Assembly (NCBI RefSeq): GCF_963506605.1
Contig: NC_083282.1
Coordinates: 43,276,001 to 43,340,000, forward strand
Reading direction: 5' to 3'
DNA: 64,000 bases
DNA from: Zootoca vivipara
Taxonomy: Eukaryota
Positions 1 through 10,232 of this stretch are shown one piece after another. The notes under the pieces are model-generated. The model was not told the origin of the DNA and did not search any database. It saw only the letters and a list, made by a program, of their open reading frames with translations. Both the position numbers and the translations under genes were made by a program. The number at the start of each line of letters is the position of its first letter. Within the stretch, counting starts at the first letter, position 1.

Positions 1-274
1 GGGGTGAGCTCCCGTTGCTCGTTCCCAGCTCCTGCCAACCTAGCAGTTCGAAAGCACGTCAAAGTGCAAGTAGATAAATAGGTACCGCTACAGCGGGAAG
101 GTAAACGGCGTTTCTGTGTGCTGCTCTGGTTCGCCAGAAGCGGCTTTGTCATGCTGGCCACATGACCTGGAAGCTGTATGCCAGCTCCCTCGGCCAATAA
201 CATGAGATGAGCGCCACAACCCCAGAGTCGGTCACAACTGGACCTAATGGTCAGGGGTCCCTTTACCTTTACCT
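1..274 (+). mobile_element. Sauria SINE (5' end cut off by window edge)
   Basis: Same body as the copies at 19674, 28262, 47994, 52548 and 53433; ends in the ...GGTCCCTTTACCTTTACCT tail typical of Sauria SINEs. Lies in intron 2 of the first CYP4B-like gene. Confidence 0.85.
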
Positions 275-518
275 ATGTTTCTACAGCTAAGCTCTTACAA
301 CATAACAGTGATGAGAAACCTGGGCTGCTCCAGATGTTGGAATACAACTCCCATCATCCCTGACCATTGGACATGTTGGCTGGGGCTGATGGCAATGGAA
401 GTCCAAGAACATCTGCAGGGCCACATGTTCCCCATCAGTACATATTAGCTACCAAATGACACTGAGTGTACAGATAGGAGATGTAAAGGTATTGCCTTAA
501 AATGGACCATTTTGTTAC

Positions 519-1873
519 CTCCTCTGCTGTATACAGCCTTGGCGTAATCTGGATGGTAGATATTGAGAAACCCCAAGAAAGCTCCAAACCACAAGGAATG
601 GCCGTTGGGATATCTCTCCGACCATGACACCATTGTGGAAAGTTCTCCAATTCGACCGAGCTGTGGCAATTGGGGACAAAAATCAAATCAATGCTATTAT
701 AGTCAACTAGGTGTGGGCTTCCCACTCTCCAGGCCATCTCAGGGTCTTAAGTCAGCCTGATAAACATTACATATAAAGATGGTCTCAGAAGCTTTACACT
801 GGTATAACCAATTGTACCCAGCCTATATCCACCTAAAATATCATGGTGTAACAAACAAGTTTTTTAGTTTTCCAAAGTCTTTGATCAGGCATGAGATGAA
901 GCTGATTCCTAATTCCCTATATCTGATGCAGATCTGCATGAGCAATCAGAACAAGGAAGCACATATGTTTTTAGACCCCTAAACAAGTTTTGGGCTACTG
1001 CATAACATAGATCTCCATTTCCTTGGAGATTCAGCCTTCTCTCTGATCAGAAACATTTCAAGCCTGCTTTAAAGCACAAAGTCCCCAGGCCATTGGGGAT
1101 CTCTCACTCCACAATAAGCATTGGGCTGCTTCATAGCATGCTTATCAGATACCTTCCAAAACTATCCCCTTAATCCTGTAATTTGTACCCCATTTAGGTT
1201 TCTCTCCTAAACCTAGTACTTTCCCCAAAACAGCAACAGCCTGGAAGCAACCTCAGTGTGATGGCGACATATCCCTGTGTTAGAATCTAATCACCAAATT
1301 CCTATAATGTGAGAAATGGCTGATTTAAGGTAGTGTATGGGTGGGTTGAATAGGAAGTGGGTGCTGAACCAGAAGGCGACAGCACCATGGCTAGGGACAA
1401 GCAGCTTCTGGGGTAAAGTACAGATAGGCACTTCTAACATTCGTTTCATGTCTGCCTCTCTGTACGTGAAATTACATCCTGCTTTATAGGAATCTAGCTC
1501 ACATTCTAACACATAGGTCATGGCACCACAATGTCTAGTTTGTGCCCTTTGCCACTCGCATCGTAGTCGCTCATGAAAAGTCTGATGTACCAGCAATGGC
1601 AACAGCACTACATTTGTTTGGCACAAAACATTACAATCACTCACTTTTTTTTCCTGAGTTCTACTAGATTGGGTGAAGAAGTCCTACCTCATTGGTGTGT
1701 CCATAAAACCAATGCTTCGGTGGCCCTGGGAAGCTCTCCAAAGATCTGCTCAGCTTTTGCCTCCTTTGGCATAGCCGGATGACTTTCAGGAGCACGCTGA
1801 CCAGACAGAAGGTAGCAGCTGCATAAAAAAACAGGTAAAGGTTTAACCCCAGTCCAGGCAAGGCGAGTTGCAT
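519..1873 (-). CDS. CYP4B1: Cytochrome P450 family 4 (CYP4B1-like) paralog A, coding exons 1-2; gene continues beyond the window start
   Basis: Exon 1 is 1873-1688 (MQLALPG...FPGPPKHWFYGHTNE, signal anchor plus proline hinge, GT donor at 1687). Exon 2 is 660-519 (142 bp, LGRIGE...LWFG...HPDYAKAVYSRG, cag acceptor, GT donor). Phases match paralog B and the CYP4 gene structure. Exact orthology within CYP4 is inferred. Confidence 0.88.
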
Positions 1874-2049
1874 TTTGCTCAGTATGAATTCCCTGGAAGC
1901 AGCTTCTGGGTCTCTTGGTTGAAGTATGACTGGATGCAGCTCATATGCAATCCTGTAGTAATGCTATACAGTATATGAAACAAAAAGGTGGGAACACCTT
2001 AGATATCATATTTCATCAGGCTGGCATGAAGTGCAACACCACTTCCAAA

Positions 2050-2492
2050 GTGAGCAAACAAACGAAGGGAGAAAAACAGGGGTGGAGACCAGCATTTTAC
2101 CGATTATGCTATAAATAATATCACTACAGCTCAGCTGATTAACCTGAATTAATCTGTAAGCCTTTATAAAGCAAGGGCCCTTGGTGGCTATGCCTAAAGT
2201 ATGTAATCTCAGCCACTGAATCAGACAAGAGCTAATTGCAAAAGCCTTCTGTTTGCTTTTAGGGTTCAAGCTGGCGGATAAACGATCCATTGTGATCTGA
2301 GGCTTTGCAGCGTGAATGAGCTAAGCAATGTAAGGTGCAAGAGGCTGATCTCTACTCTTGTCATTTACTGTGCCTCCCTCCACCCAAGAATCAGATTGGG
2401 TGGGTGTTGGAGTGCGGTTGCAAAGGATACAGGTGCATCCATCAGTTAGGGCTGAACTCAGCAACATTGCCTTACAAGTACATGCCTATGTT
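2050..2492. promoter_or_regulatory. Proximal copy of a duplicated upstream module of CYP4B-like paralog A
   Basis: Aligns by eye with 8810-8830 plus 9695-10020. Contains GAGCAAACA (FOXA-like), a degenerate HNF1-like site, TTTATAAA and TTGCAAAA (C/EBP-like). Regulatory function is inference. Confidence 0.5.
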
Positions 2493-2599
2493 CTACCTTC
2501 AATGTCAGAGGCATTAATATTTCAGGGGCAATGCCTCTGTAATCCCATTCATAATGGGTTCAACCTACCTACCTGGTCAAATGAATAATCTGCCAATTT

Positions 2600-3128
2600 A
2601 GCCTTCTTTTTGTCTGGATTGAGTTTCAGTTTATTGGCCCTCAGGCAGCCTATCAGTGGCTCCATTGCAAAAGAGACATGGAACTGGATATCATCTGTAT
2701 ATCGATGACACCTCACTTAGATTTCTGACCTCTTCCAATGGCTTCATGCAAATATTGAAAAGCATGGGAGACAAAAATAGAACCCCATGGAACTTCATAG
2801 CAAGAGATCGAACACATTACCACTTTCTGAAACTGGACAAGGAAGTGGGAATAGAACCACTGAAGACAGTATTTCCAGTTCCCAAACCAGCCAATATATC
2901 AAGAAGGAATGAAAGCTGATGAGAGATCAAGGAGAATTTTCAGGGCCACATGCCCCCTCTTTCTCTCCTGGATACTGTAAGTCATTCATCAGAGCAGCTA
3001 AAGCAGTTTCTGTGCTGAACTAAGACTGATATAAATCTAGATTACCAGGTTCATCCAGCAGTTTTACACAGGGTTGACAGGTCTGAGGATGTAAACGAAA
3101 ATTACAGGGCTTTGGTCTCTTTCATCTT
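2600..3128 (-). mobile_element. Old degenerate L2-type LINE RT fragment (insertion site of the Gypsy element)
   Basis: The minus strand shows decayed remnants of the L2 RT motifs QSGFR..STETAL (about 3000-3030) and HQYADDT (about 2685-2712). Confidence 0.5.
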
Positions 3129-3504
3129 TGAAATGTACTCGGAGTCAAGAGTGAATTTCATGCTCTTTATTCAGCTCATAGTCATCAAGGAGGAGAAGAG
3201 AAGACGAATGGCTCTTTTCCCAAAACCATCTGCTTATATACATTATTTACACAATGGGCCTTGCGTGATTGGCTACTTCAGGGCTACACCTGTGGGCCAA
3301 TTATATTGTGGATTGACTTTTGCCTGCAGCCTGATTGGCTGCTCCTACAGGCCAATCAGGTAGCAGATTCACTTCTGCCAGCCGCCTGATTGGCTGCTCC
3401 AGCAGGCCAATCAGGTTGCGGATTCACTTCCACCTGGAGTTGGATTGGGTAGCTCCCGCTGATTCTGAATCCTATTGTTCTAGGATTCAGCTCAGTACAT
3501 AACA
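3129..3504 (-). repeat. 3' LTR of the Gypsy element
   Basis: Minus strand TGTTATGTACT...AGTACATTTCA. Multiple CCAAT boxes, TATATAA (about 3234-3240) and AATAAA (about 3166-3171) on the minus strand. No difference seen from 7714-8089. Confidence 0.97.
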
Positions 3505-3516
3505 CCCCTCCCCTCT
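3505..3516 (-). other. Polypurine tract (AGAGGGGAGGGG)
   Basis: Immediately upstream of the 3' LTR on the minus strand; overlaps the gag-pol TAG stop codon. Confidence 0.9.
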
Positions 3517-6500
3517 AAGTTCCAGTCCTGCCCGGGAAGTTGCATTCGTAGTCCCCAAGGTCTGCTGGCCGCCTCCGTGTGCGTTGTGGCCTGGGGTGTT
3601 CCTTGGTCAGGGGTTCTGGTTCTGGCTCGTGTTCCGAGGCTGCTGGCTGTGCCGGGGCTGTCTGGTCTGGCGCCACTGAACCACTAGGTTGTAGCTCTGG
3701 TTCCGGTGTCCTTCCAGCCTTGGGGCGCCCCTCTGTGCCTACTGCTTCTGCTTCCTCTGCCCACCCCTCTCGCTCTACAGGCCTCACTGCCCTGCTGTCC
3801 CCTTGGGACCCCTCTGTCCCGCTCTCCTCCCGGGTTCCTCCTGGGAATCGTCGCCGTATCTGGTCGCAGTGGCGGCGCCAACATTGCCCCCCTTCCGTTA
3901 GTACCTCGTACGACACGGGACCGGTCACCTTGGTGACTGTGGCGGGTACCCATGCTGGGCCTGCCCCAAAATTCTTTGCATACACTGGGTCCTGGGCCAC
4001 AAATGTCCGGGGGTTCCTGCCTTTCCCCACCACTACCTCATCCTGAGCTCTGTCGGGGTGAAGTCGGTCCAGTCTAGTTGCAAGGCGCCGGCCCATTAGT
4101 AATTCAGCTGGGCTCCGGCCCGTCGTTGTGCTTGGGGTGCTGTGCTGTGCTAGAAGAAATGCGGCAAGGCGGTATTCCCAGTCCCCTTGTGTCATGCGGC
4201 GGAGGCTGTCCTTGGTGGTCCGCACCATGCGCTCCGCTTGGCCATTGGTGGCAGGGTGGAATGGTGCTGAGCGGATGTGGCGGATGGCTTTCTGCGCTGT
4301 GAAGGTCTGGAACTCCTCTGACGTGAATGCGGTTCCATTGTCCGAGACGAGGGTGTCAGGGAGCCCGTGGGTCGCAAACAGCTTACGTAGTACCCGGATG
4401 GCTGCCGCCGTAGAAGTGGATGGTACCAGTGCGACCTCCAGCCATTTGGTGTAGGAATCCACCACTATGAAGAATGTTTTTCCCTGGAAGGGGCCAGCGA
4501 AGTCCACGTGCAAGCGTGACCATGGATGTCGGGCAGACTCCCAGGGCTGGACTGGGGCCCTTGGGGGATCCGGGCGGGATTCTTGGCAGGTCTGGCAGTG
4601 TTGGACCCAGGCCTCTATCTCTCTGTCAATCCCCGGCCACCACACATAACTCCTGGCAAGGGCCTTCATCCTCACTACCCCTGGGTGTGTCTCGTGTAGG
4701 GCTGTGAGGACCCTTTTGCGGAGGGGCTGGGGAACAACAACCCTGCTTCCCCATAACAGGCACCCCTTGTGGGCCGACAGTTCATGTTTGCGGTTTGTGT
4801 AGCCAGCGAATTCTGGCCCGGGGCTGCTGCTGGGCCATCCTTGCCACACCCAGTCCAGGACCCGGGAGATGACCCTATCTTTTGTGGAATGGTGCGCAAC
4901 TTCTCGTGCCTGAATGGGTCGGTCGGGAAGCAGCTCCAGGGTCATAACCTCTTGTGCAGGCGCTGGGTCGGGGCCTGTTTCTGGTAGTGGTAGCCTGCTG
5001 AGGGCGTCTGCGTGGCCCATCGCCTTCCCAGGGCGGTGGATTAGTGCATACTGGTAGCCGGCAAGGAAAATTGACCACCTGAGGACACGTGGAGACAACA
5101 CTTGGGGGGTCTGCTTCTCAGGGGCAAACAGGCCAAGCAACGGCTTGTGGTCAGTCACTATGGTAAAGGGCCGCCCGTACAAGAAATCATGGAATTTTTT
5201 TACGCCCTTCACGATTGCCAGACCCTCCTTGTCAATCTGTGAGTAGTTTCGTTCGGCTGCAGCAAGCGTCTGGGAGAAGTATGCCACCGGCACCTCTCTT
5301 CCATCCGGGAGTTGGTGTCCCAGGACAGCGCCGATGCCATAGGGAGAGGCGTCGCATGCCAGCACCACTGGCAGCCTCTCGTCGAAGTGTGCTAAGACCG
5401 AGTTCGAGACGAGCAAGTCCTTGACTGCCTGGAATGCGGCCCTTTGTCGCTGGCCCCACACCCAAGGGGCCCTTTTATCTAGGAGTCTGTGTAGGGGCTC
5501 CGCTACCGCTGCCTTATGGGGAAGGAAGGCATGGTAAAAGTTCAATAGTCCCAAGAATGACTGAAGTTCGGGCTTGCTCTTGGGCGCTGGGGCCTCACAA
5601 ATGGCCCGTACCTTGTCACCGGTTGGATGGACCCCTTCTGCGTCCACCTTAAATCCCAGAAAGTCCACCTGCGGCACTCCCAGTAAACACTTTTCCCGCT
5701 TCACCTTGAGGCCAGCCGTCTGGAAACGGTGCAGGACGGAGCGGAGGCGGTCCTCAAATTCCTCTGGTGTGGGCCCGGCGATCAGTACATCATCGAAGAA
5801 GGGGGTGACACCAGGAATCCCTTTAAGGAGAGAGTCCATTAGATTCTGGAATATGCCTGGTGCCACGCTAACGCCAAATTGCAGCCGCTTTACTCTGAAT
5901 GCACCTCTGTGCGTCACAATCGTCTGAGCCTCTGCTGTGGCTTCGTCCACAGGCAACTGTTGATACGCTTGGGCCAAGTCCAGTTTGCCAAAGATTTTTG
6001 ACCCAGCCAGGGTGGCGAGGACATGGCTGACCACTGGCACTGGGTATGCATGGGCCGTGAGAGCCTTGTTTATGGTGCATTTGTAGTCTGCACAGATGCG
6101 GACCGAACCGTTAGGCTTGACGGGTGTGACAATTGGAGTTTCCCAGGGGGCGTTGGGCACCGGCTCCAGCACTCCTTGCTCCACGAGCCGGTCCAATTCC
6201 TCGTCTATGCGGGGTTTCAGGGCAAACGGGACCCGGCGGGCCTTGTGCCTGATGGGTCGTACAGCGGGGTCTAGCTGTAGGGCAATGGGGGGTCCTGTAT
6301 ATCGTCCCAATGCCCCATCGAAAACCCCTGGAAACTCTTTGCATATGGCGTCCACGTCCACTTGTAAGCTAGTGCGGTTCACCCCGGTAACGGCTAGCCC
6401 CAGAGGTCCAAACCATGCCAGTCCCAGTAAGCTAACGTAGGGACCCTTAACTACCAGCAAGTCCAATTGTTGCTTTCGCCCTCGATATTGCACCCTGAAG

Positions 6501-7585
6501 GTCCCCACCCCTATAGTAGGGACCTTACGTTTCTGGAAGTCCCGGAGGGTGAATGGGGCCGGCCTTAGTTTGGGACCCCCATTAGGGCACAGTTCCCTTA
6601 ATGTTCGGGCCGAGATTATGGATAGAGTTGAACCCGTGTCCAGCTCCATGCGGCATGGGGCTCCCTCTATCTGTACCTCTATATAAATTTTCTCTGTGCT
6701 GGGATGGGGCAACTGGAATACCTGGTAGTCCGTGATCTCCGTCGAGTTGCCTTGGTGCATGGTGCCGTGTGACCTGGGGCTCCTGGGTCGGTCATCTGAT
6801 GCTTGTCGACGGGTGAGTCGAGCCCGACACACCCGGGCGATGTGTCCCAATTTTCTGCACTGCCTGCACTCTGCGTTGCGGAAACGACAGGTCCTCCTCT
6901 CGTGGTTCTCCCCGCAGCTTGCACAGTTCCCTCCTTCTCGTCGAGGCTGCTGTGGTGTGTGTGCTGCTTGAGTGCGCCGCTGTACTCGGTGTACTTCCTC
7001 CCTGTCAGATTCGGATTCGTCGGTGAGGTCTTCGTGGTAGACCCTCGGTTGGGATGGCGGGGCCGGTCGTGCCTCTTGCGTTGACCTCTCGGCGGCTTCG
7101 GTTGCCAGGGCTTCCTCCAGAGCAATCTGGAACGTGAGGTCTTTTTTGGCGTAGAGGCGTCGTTGCAACATCTCGTCCCTCAGGCCACCGACGAGGCGGT
7201 CACGAAGCATGTTCTCCAATTCTGAGAAGTTGCATAACCGGGCGGCTTGGCGGAGGGAGGTCACAAACCCAGTTATGGTTTCCCCCGGGGCTTGCCGTTT
7301 TGCGTAGAAGGCATTTCGGCAAGCTACCACCGAGGGCTGTGGTGAGAAGTGCTCCTTCAGCCGTTCCATTATTGTTTTGTAAGAGACGGTAGCGACATCT
7401 CTAGGTGCAAGGAGAGCCCGGGCGATTTCAAACGTCTCCTCTCCACAGACGCTGAAGAATGTCGCCCTCTTCATGGCATCGTTGGTGACTTCTTTCGCTT
7501 GCAGGAGGAAGTTGAAACGGGCGGCGTACCCTTCCCAGTCTCCTGATGCTGGTTTGAATGGCGAGAAGCTGCTGTTGGTTGCCAT
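3515..7585 (-). CDS. Gag-Pol polyprotein, 1356 aa (Gag with 2 zinc knuckles, protease, RT, RNase H, integrase)
   Basis: Knuckles CASCGENHERRTC and CRQCRKLGHIARVC; protease LDTGST; RT KLDLAQAYQQ...LQFG...FFDD; RNase H LACDAS/TDHKPL/ADALSR; integrase HETH...CQTC, HVDFAGP, SDNG, NGQAER. Domain order PR-RT-RH-IN is Gypsy-type. Confidence 0.97.
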   Translation of the reverse strand: MATNSSFSPFKPASGDWEGYAARFNFLLQAKEVTNDAMKRATFFSVCGEETFEIARALLAPRDVATVSYKTIMERLKEHFSPQPSVVACRNAFYAKRQAPGETITGFVTSLRQAARLCNFSELENMLRDRLVGGLRDEMLQRRLYAKKDLTFQIALEEALATEAAERSTQEARPAPPSQPRVYHEDLTDESESDREEVHRVQRRTQAAHTPQQPRREGGNCASCGENHERRTCRFRNAECRQCRKLGHIARVCRARLTRRQASDDRPRSPRSHGTMHQGNSTEITDYQVFQLPHPSTEKIYIEVQIEGAPCRMELDTGSTLSIISARTLRELCPNGGPKLRPAPFTLRDFQKRKVPTIGVGTFRVQYRGRKQQLDLLVVKGPYVSLLGLAWFGPLGLAVTGVNRTSLQVDVDAICKEFPGVFDGALGRYTGPPIALQLDPAVRPIRHKARRVPFALKPRIDEELDRLVEQGVLEPVPNAPWETPIVTPVKPNGSVRICADYKCTINKALTAHAYPVPVVSHVLATLAGSKIFGKLDLAQAYQQLPVDEATAEAQTIVTHRGAFRVKRLQFGVSVAPGIFQNLMDSLLKGIPGVTPFFDDVLIAGPTPEEFEDRLRSVLHRFQTAGLKVKREKCLLGVPQVDFLGFKVDAEGVHPTGDKVRAICEAPAPKSKPELQSFLGLLNFYHAFLPHKAAVAEPLHRLLDKRAPWVWGQRQRAAFQAVKDLLVSNSVLAHFDERLPVVLACDASPYGIGAVLGHQLPDGREVPVAYFSQTLAAAERNYSQIDKEGLAIVKGVKKFHDFLYGRPFTIVTDHKPLLGLFAPEKQTPQVLSPRVLRWSIFLAGYQYALIHRPGKAMGHADALSRLPLPETGPDPAPAQEVMTLELLPDRPIQAREVAHHSTKDRVISRVLDWVWQGWPSSSPGPEFAGYTNRKHELSAHKGCLLWGSRVVVPQPLRKRVLTALHETHPGVVRMKALARSYVWWPGIDREIEAWVQHCQTCQESRPDPPRAPVQPWESARHPWSRLHVDFAGPFQGKTFFIVVDSYTKWLEVALVPSTSTAAAIRVLRKLFATHGLPDTLVSDNGTAFTSEEFQTFTAQKAIRHIRSAPFHPATNGQAERMVRTTKDSLRRMTQGDWEYRLAAFLLAQHSTPSTTTGRSPAELLMGRRLATRLDRLHPDRAQDEVVVGKGRNPRTFVAQDPVYAKNFGAGPAWVPATVTKVTGPVSYEVLTEGGQCWRRHCDQIRRRFPGGTREESGTEGSQGDSRAVRPVEREGWAEEAEAVGTEGRPKAGRTPEPELQPSGSVAPDQTAPAQPAASEHEPEPEPLTKEHPRPQRTRRRPADLGDYECNFPGRTGT

Positions 7586-7694
7586 TCTGGGTTCCTTGGG
7601 TCCTGGAGCTGAAGCCTGGATGCACGGTGCGATGCAGCGGTGCAGCAGGTGGCGGTGCTGCGGTGCAGTGCGTGGTGGCGGTCAGCTCAGCAGG

Positions 7695-7712
7695 ATCCCA
7701 CCTTCGTCGCCA
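7695..7712 (-). other. Primer binding site complementary to tRNA-Ser(GCT)
   Basis: The plus strand reads ATCCCACCTTCGTCGCCA, matching the 3' 18 nt (with CCA) of vertebrate tRNA-Ser(GCT) as recalled; 1 nt from the 5' LTR. Confidence 0.85.
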
Positions 7713-7713
7713 G

Positions 7714-8089
7714 TGAAATGTACTCGGAGTCAAGAGTGAATTTCATGCTCTTTATTCAGCTCATAGTCATCAAGGAGGAGAAGAGAAGACGAATGGCTCT
7801 TTTCCCAAAACCATCTGCTTATATACATTATTTACACAATGGGCCTTGCGTGATTGGCTACTTCAGGGCTACACCTGTGGGCCAATTATATTGTGGATTG
7901 ACTTTTGCCTGCAGCCTGATTGGCTGCTCCTACAGGCCAATCAGGTAGCAGATTCACTTCTGCCAGCCGCCTGATTGGCTGCTCCAGCAGGCCAATCAGG
8001 TTGCGGATTCACTTCCACCTGGAGTTGGATTGGGTAGCTCCCGCTGATTCTGAATCCTATTGTTCTAGGATTCAGCTCAGTACATAACA
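7714..8089 (-). repeat. 5' LTR of the Gypsy element
   Basis: Direct repeat of 3129-3504, 376 bp. Confidence 0.97.
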
Positions 8090-8517
8090 CTCTTACTTCT
8101 AGAGGAAGAAGGGAAAGCTTAGTTGAGGACATAAACTTTGAGGACAGAATAATTTCTGTTTGGCTTGGAATTTTTTTTGCTATATCTCTGTCCCCATGTT
8201 CATAAGGCTCTATCCTGAACCACCAGACTCTTCTCCCTGACCCAATAGCTGCCATATTCCAAACACATCAACCAGGATATGCCCTTGGATTGATTGATTG
8301 ATTGATTGACTGATAGATTGGTTGATCCACCCTGGAACACTTGTGTTCCCAGGCTCCAATGATGATTCTTAGGATCTGAGCCTCAGGGAACAGGGTGACC
8401 TAATTTCATACCAGGCTCTAGCGGTTTTCAAAGCAATTTATCCTGTGGTTTCTTCTGAAGAACACTATTTGAACACTAAAGACAGCATTGATCTCATGTT
8501 GCTAGTGTGTAGGTAAA

Positions 8518-8650
8518 CCTTTGGAGGTCTTTAAGCAGAGGCTTGACAGCCATATGTCAAGAATGCTTTGATGGTGTTTCCTGCTTGGCAGGGGGTTGGA
8601 CTGGATGGCCCTCGTGGTCTCTTCCAACTCTATGATTCTATGATTCTATA
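8518..8650 (+). mobile_element. CR1 LINE 3' end fragment
   Basis: GGGTTGGACTGGATGGCC...TTCCAACTCTATGATTCTATGATTCTA, the CR1 (ATTCTATG)n tail. Similar fragments at about 15730-15865, 24102-24160 and 44835-44900. Confidence 0.75.
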
Positions 8651-8828
8651 AAGTTATCTATAGTTTGTTGAGCAAACACAGCAAAAACAACAAGGTAGGC
8701 AGCAGTTAAGAGTTACTGGTTTCTGCAGCCACAGCAAGCGGTGTGATTCTCCAGTTGTTTGACTTCACCTTTGTCTCTTGAGACAGACTGATGCCAACAC
8801 AGCAATAAAACTATCAGTACAACTCAGC

Positions 8829-8830
<2 letters not shown>

Positions 8831-8872
<42 letters not shown>

Positions 8873-9690
8873 TTATTTGTACCCCGCCCATCCGGCTGGG
8901 TTTCCCCAGCCACTCTGGGGAGCTTCCAACAAAAATTTAAAATACATTAAAATGTCACACATTAAAAACTTCCCTGAACAGGGGTGCCTTCAGATGTCTT
9001 CTAAATGTCAGGTAGTTATTTATCTCTTTGACATCTGGTGGGAGGGCGTTCCAAAGGGTGGGTGCCACTACCAAGAAGGCCCTCTGCCTGGTTCTCTGTA
9101 GCTTTGCTCCTCGCAGTAAGGGAACCGCCAGAAGGCCCTCGGCGCTGGACCTCAGTGTCCGGGCAGAACAATGGGGGTGGAGACGCTCCTTCAGGTATAT
9201 TGGGTTAAGCCGTTTAGGGCTTTAAAGGTCAACACCAACACTTTGAATTGTGCTCGGAAACGTACTGGGAGCCAATGTAGGTCTTTCAGGACTGGTGTTA
9301 TGTGGTCTTGGTGGCCGCCCCCAGTCACCAGTCTAGCTGCCACATTCTGGATTAGTTGTAGTTTCCAGGTCACCTTCAAAGGTAGCCCTACGTAGAGCGC
9401 ATTGCAGTAGTCCAAGCGGGAGATAACTAGAGCATGCACCACTCTGGCGAGACAGTCCGCGGGAAGGTAGGGTTTCAGCCTGCGTACCAGATGGAGCTGG
9501 TAGACAGTTGCCCTTGATACAGAGTTGACCTGCACCTCCATGGACAGCTGTGAGTCCAAAATGACTCCCAGGCTGTGCACCTGGTCCTTCAGGGGCACAG
9601 TTACCCCATTCAGGACCAGGGAGTCCTCCACATCAGCCTGCCCCCTGTCCCCCCCACCCCGTCTTGTCAGGATTCAACCTCAATCCTCAA
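8831..9690 (-). mobile_element. 5'-truncated L2 LINE with (TTA)n tail
   Basis: ORF 9191-9631 (LGVILDSQLSM...VHALVISRLDYCNALYVGLP...LHWLPVRFRAQFK) is the L2 ORF2 C-terminus; microsatellite tail at 8831-8868. It interrupts the distal copy of the duplicated module. Confidence 0.9.
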
Positions 9691-9694
9691 TCAA

Positions 9695-10020
9695 GCTAGT
9701 TAACCTGAGTTAATCATTAAGCCTTTATAAAAACAAGTGCCCCTGGTGGCTATGCCTAAGGTGTGGCATCACAGCCATCTTGTTCAGTTGGACAAGAGCT
9801 AGATTGCAAAAGCTTTCTGTTTGCTTTTAGGGTTCAAGCTGGCAGATAATGTGATCCATTGTGATCTGAGGCTCTGCTTAAGTTCTAGTGCAGAGCTAAG
9901 CAATGAAAGGTGCAAGAGGCCATTTTTTATTCCTGTCATTCACCATGCTATGAAGAATATACTGTATTTGTAAGATAGGGCTGAACACAGCAACACTGCC
10001 CTCTAAGCTCATGTGTATGT
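9695..10020. promoter_or_regulatory. Distal copy of the duplicated upstream module, with a near-consensus HNF1 site
   Basis: Similar to 2133-2492. GTTAATCATTAAG at 9709-9721 versus the HNF1 consensus GTTAATNATTAAC. Confidence 0.5.
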
Positions 10021-10232
10021 AGGATGGCCAGGGTAAAAAATAAGGAAACGGCTCTTGCACCTTTAATAGCTGTGTAGAAGAGGGGATTCAGCAGGTATAG
10101 GGCGTCCTGCACAATTATGTAGAGGAGACCTATTATTTATTTTTTATTTTTAACTTGGCCACCCTAAACTCATATGTTACAAGTTCAGCCACATTCCCTG
10201 TAAGTGCAGTCCTTTGCATGCTTACTCAGGAA

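Larger units (their letters stand above)
3129..8089 (-). mobile_element. Full-length Ty3/Gypsy LTR retrotransposon, Mag-like lineage
   Basis: Two 376-bp LTRs (3129-3504, 7714-8089) with TG...CA ends, PBS at 7695-7712, PPT at 3505-3516 and one uninterrupted gag-pol ORF. Flanks are ATCTT / CTCTT. Confidence 0.97.

Noticed and set aside
3579-7125. Many ORFs overlapping gag-pol on the opposite strand or in other frames
   Set aside because: Shadow ORFs of a GC-rich coding region; no recognisable domains.
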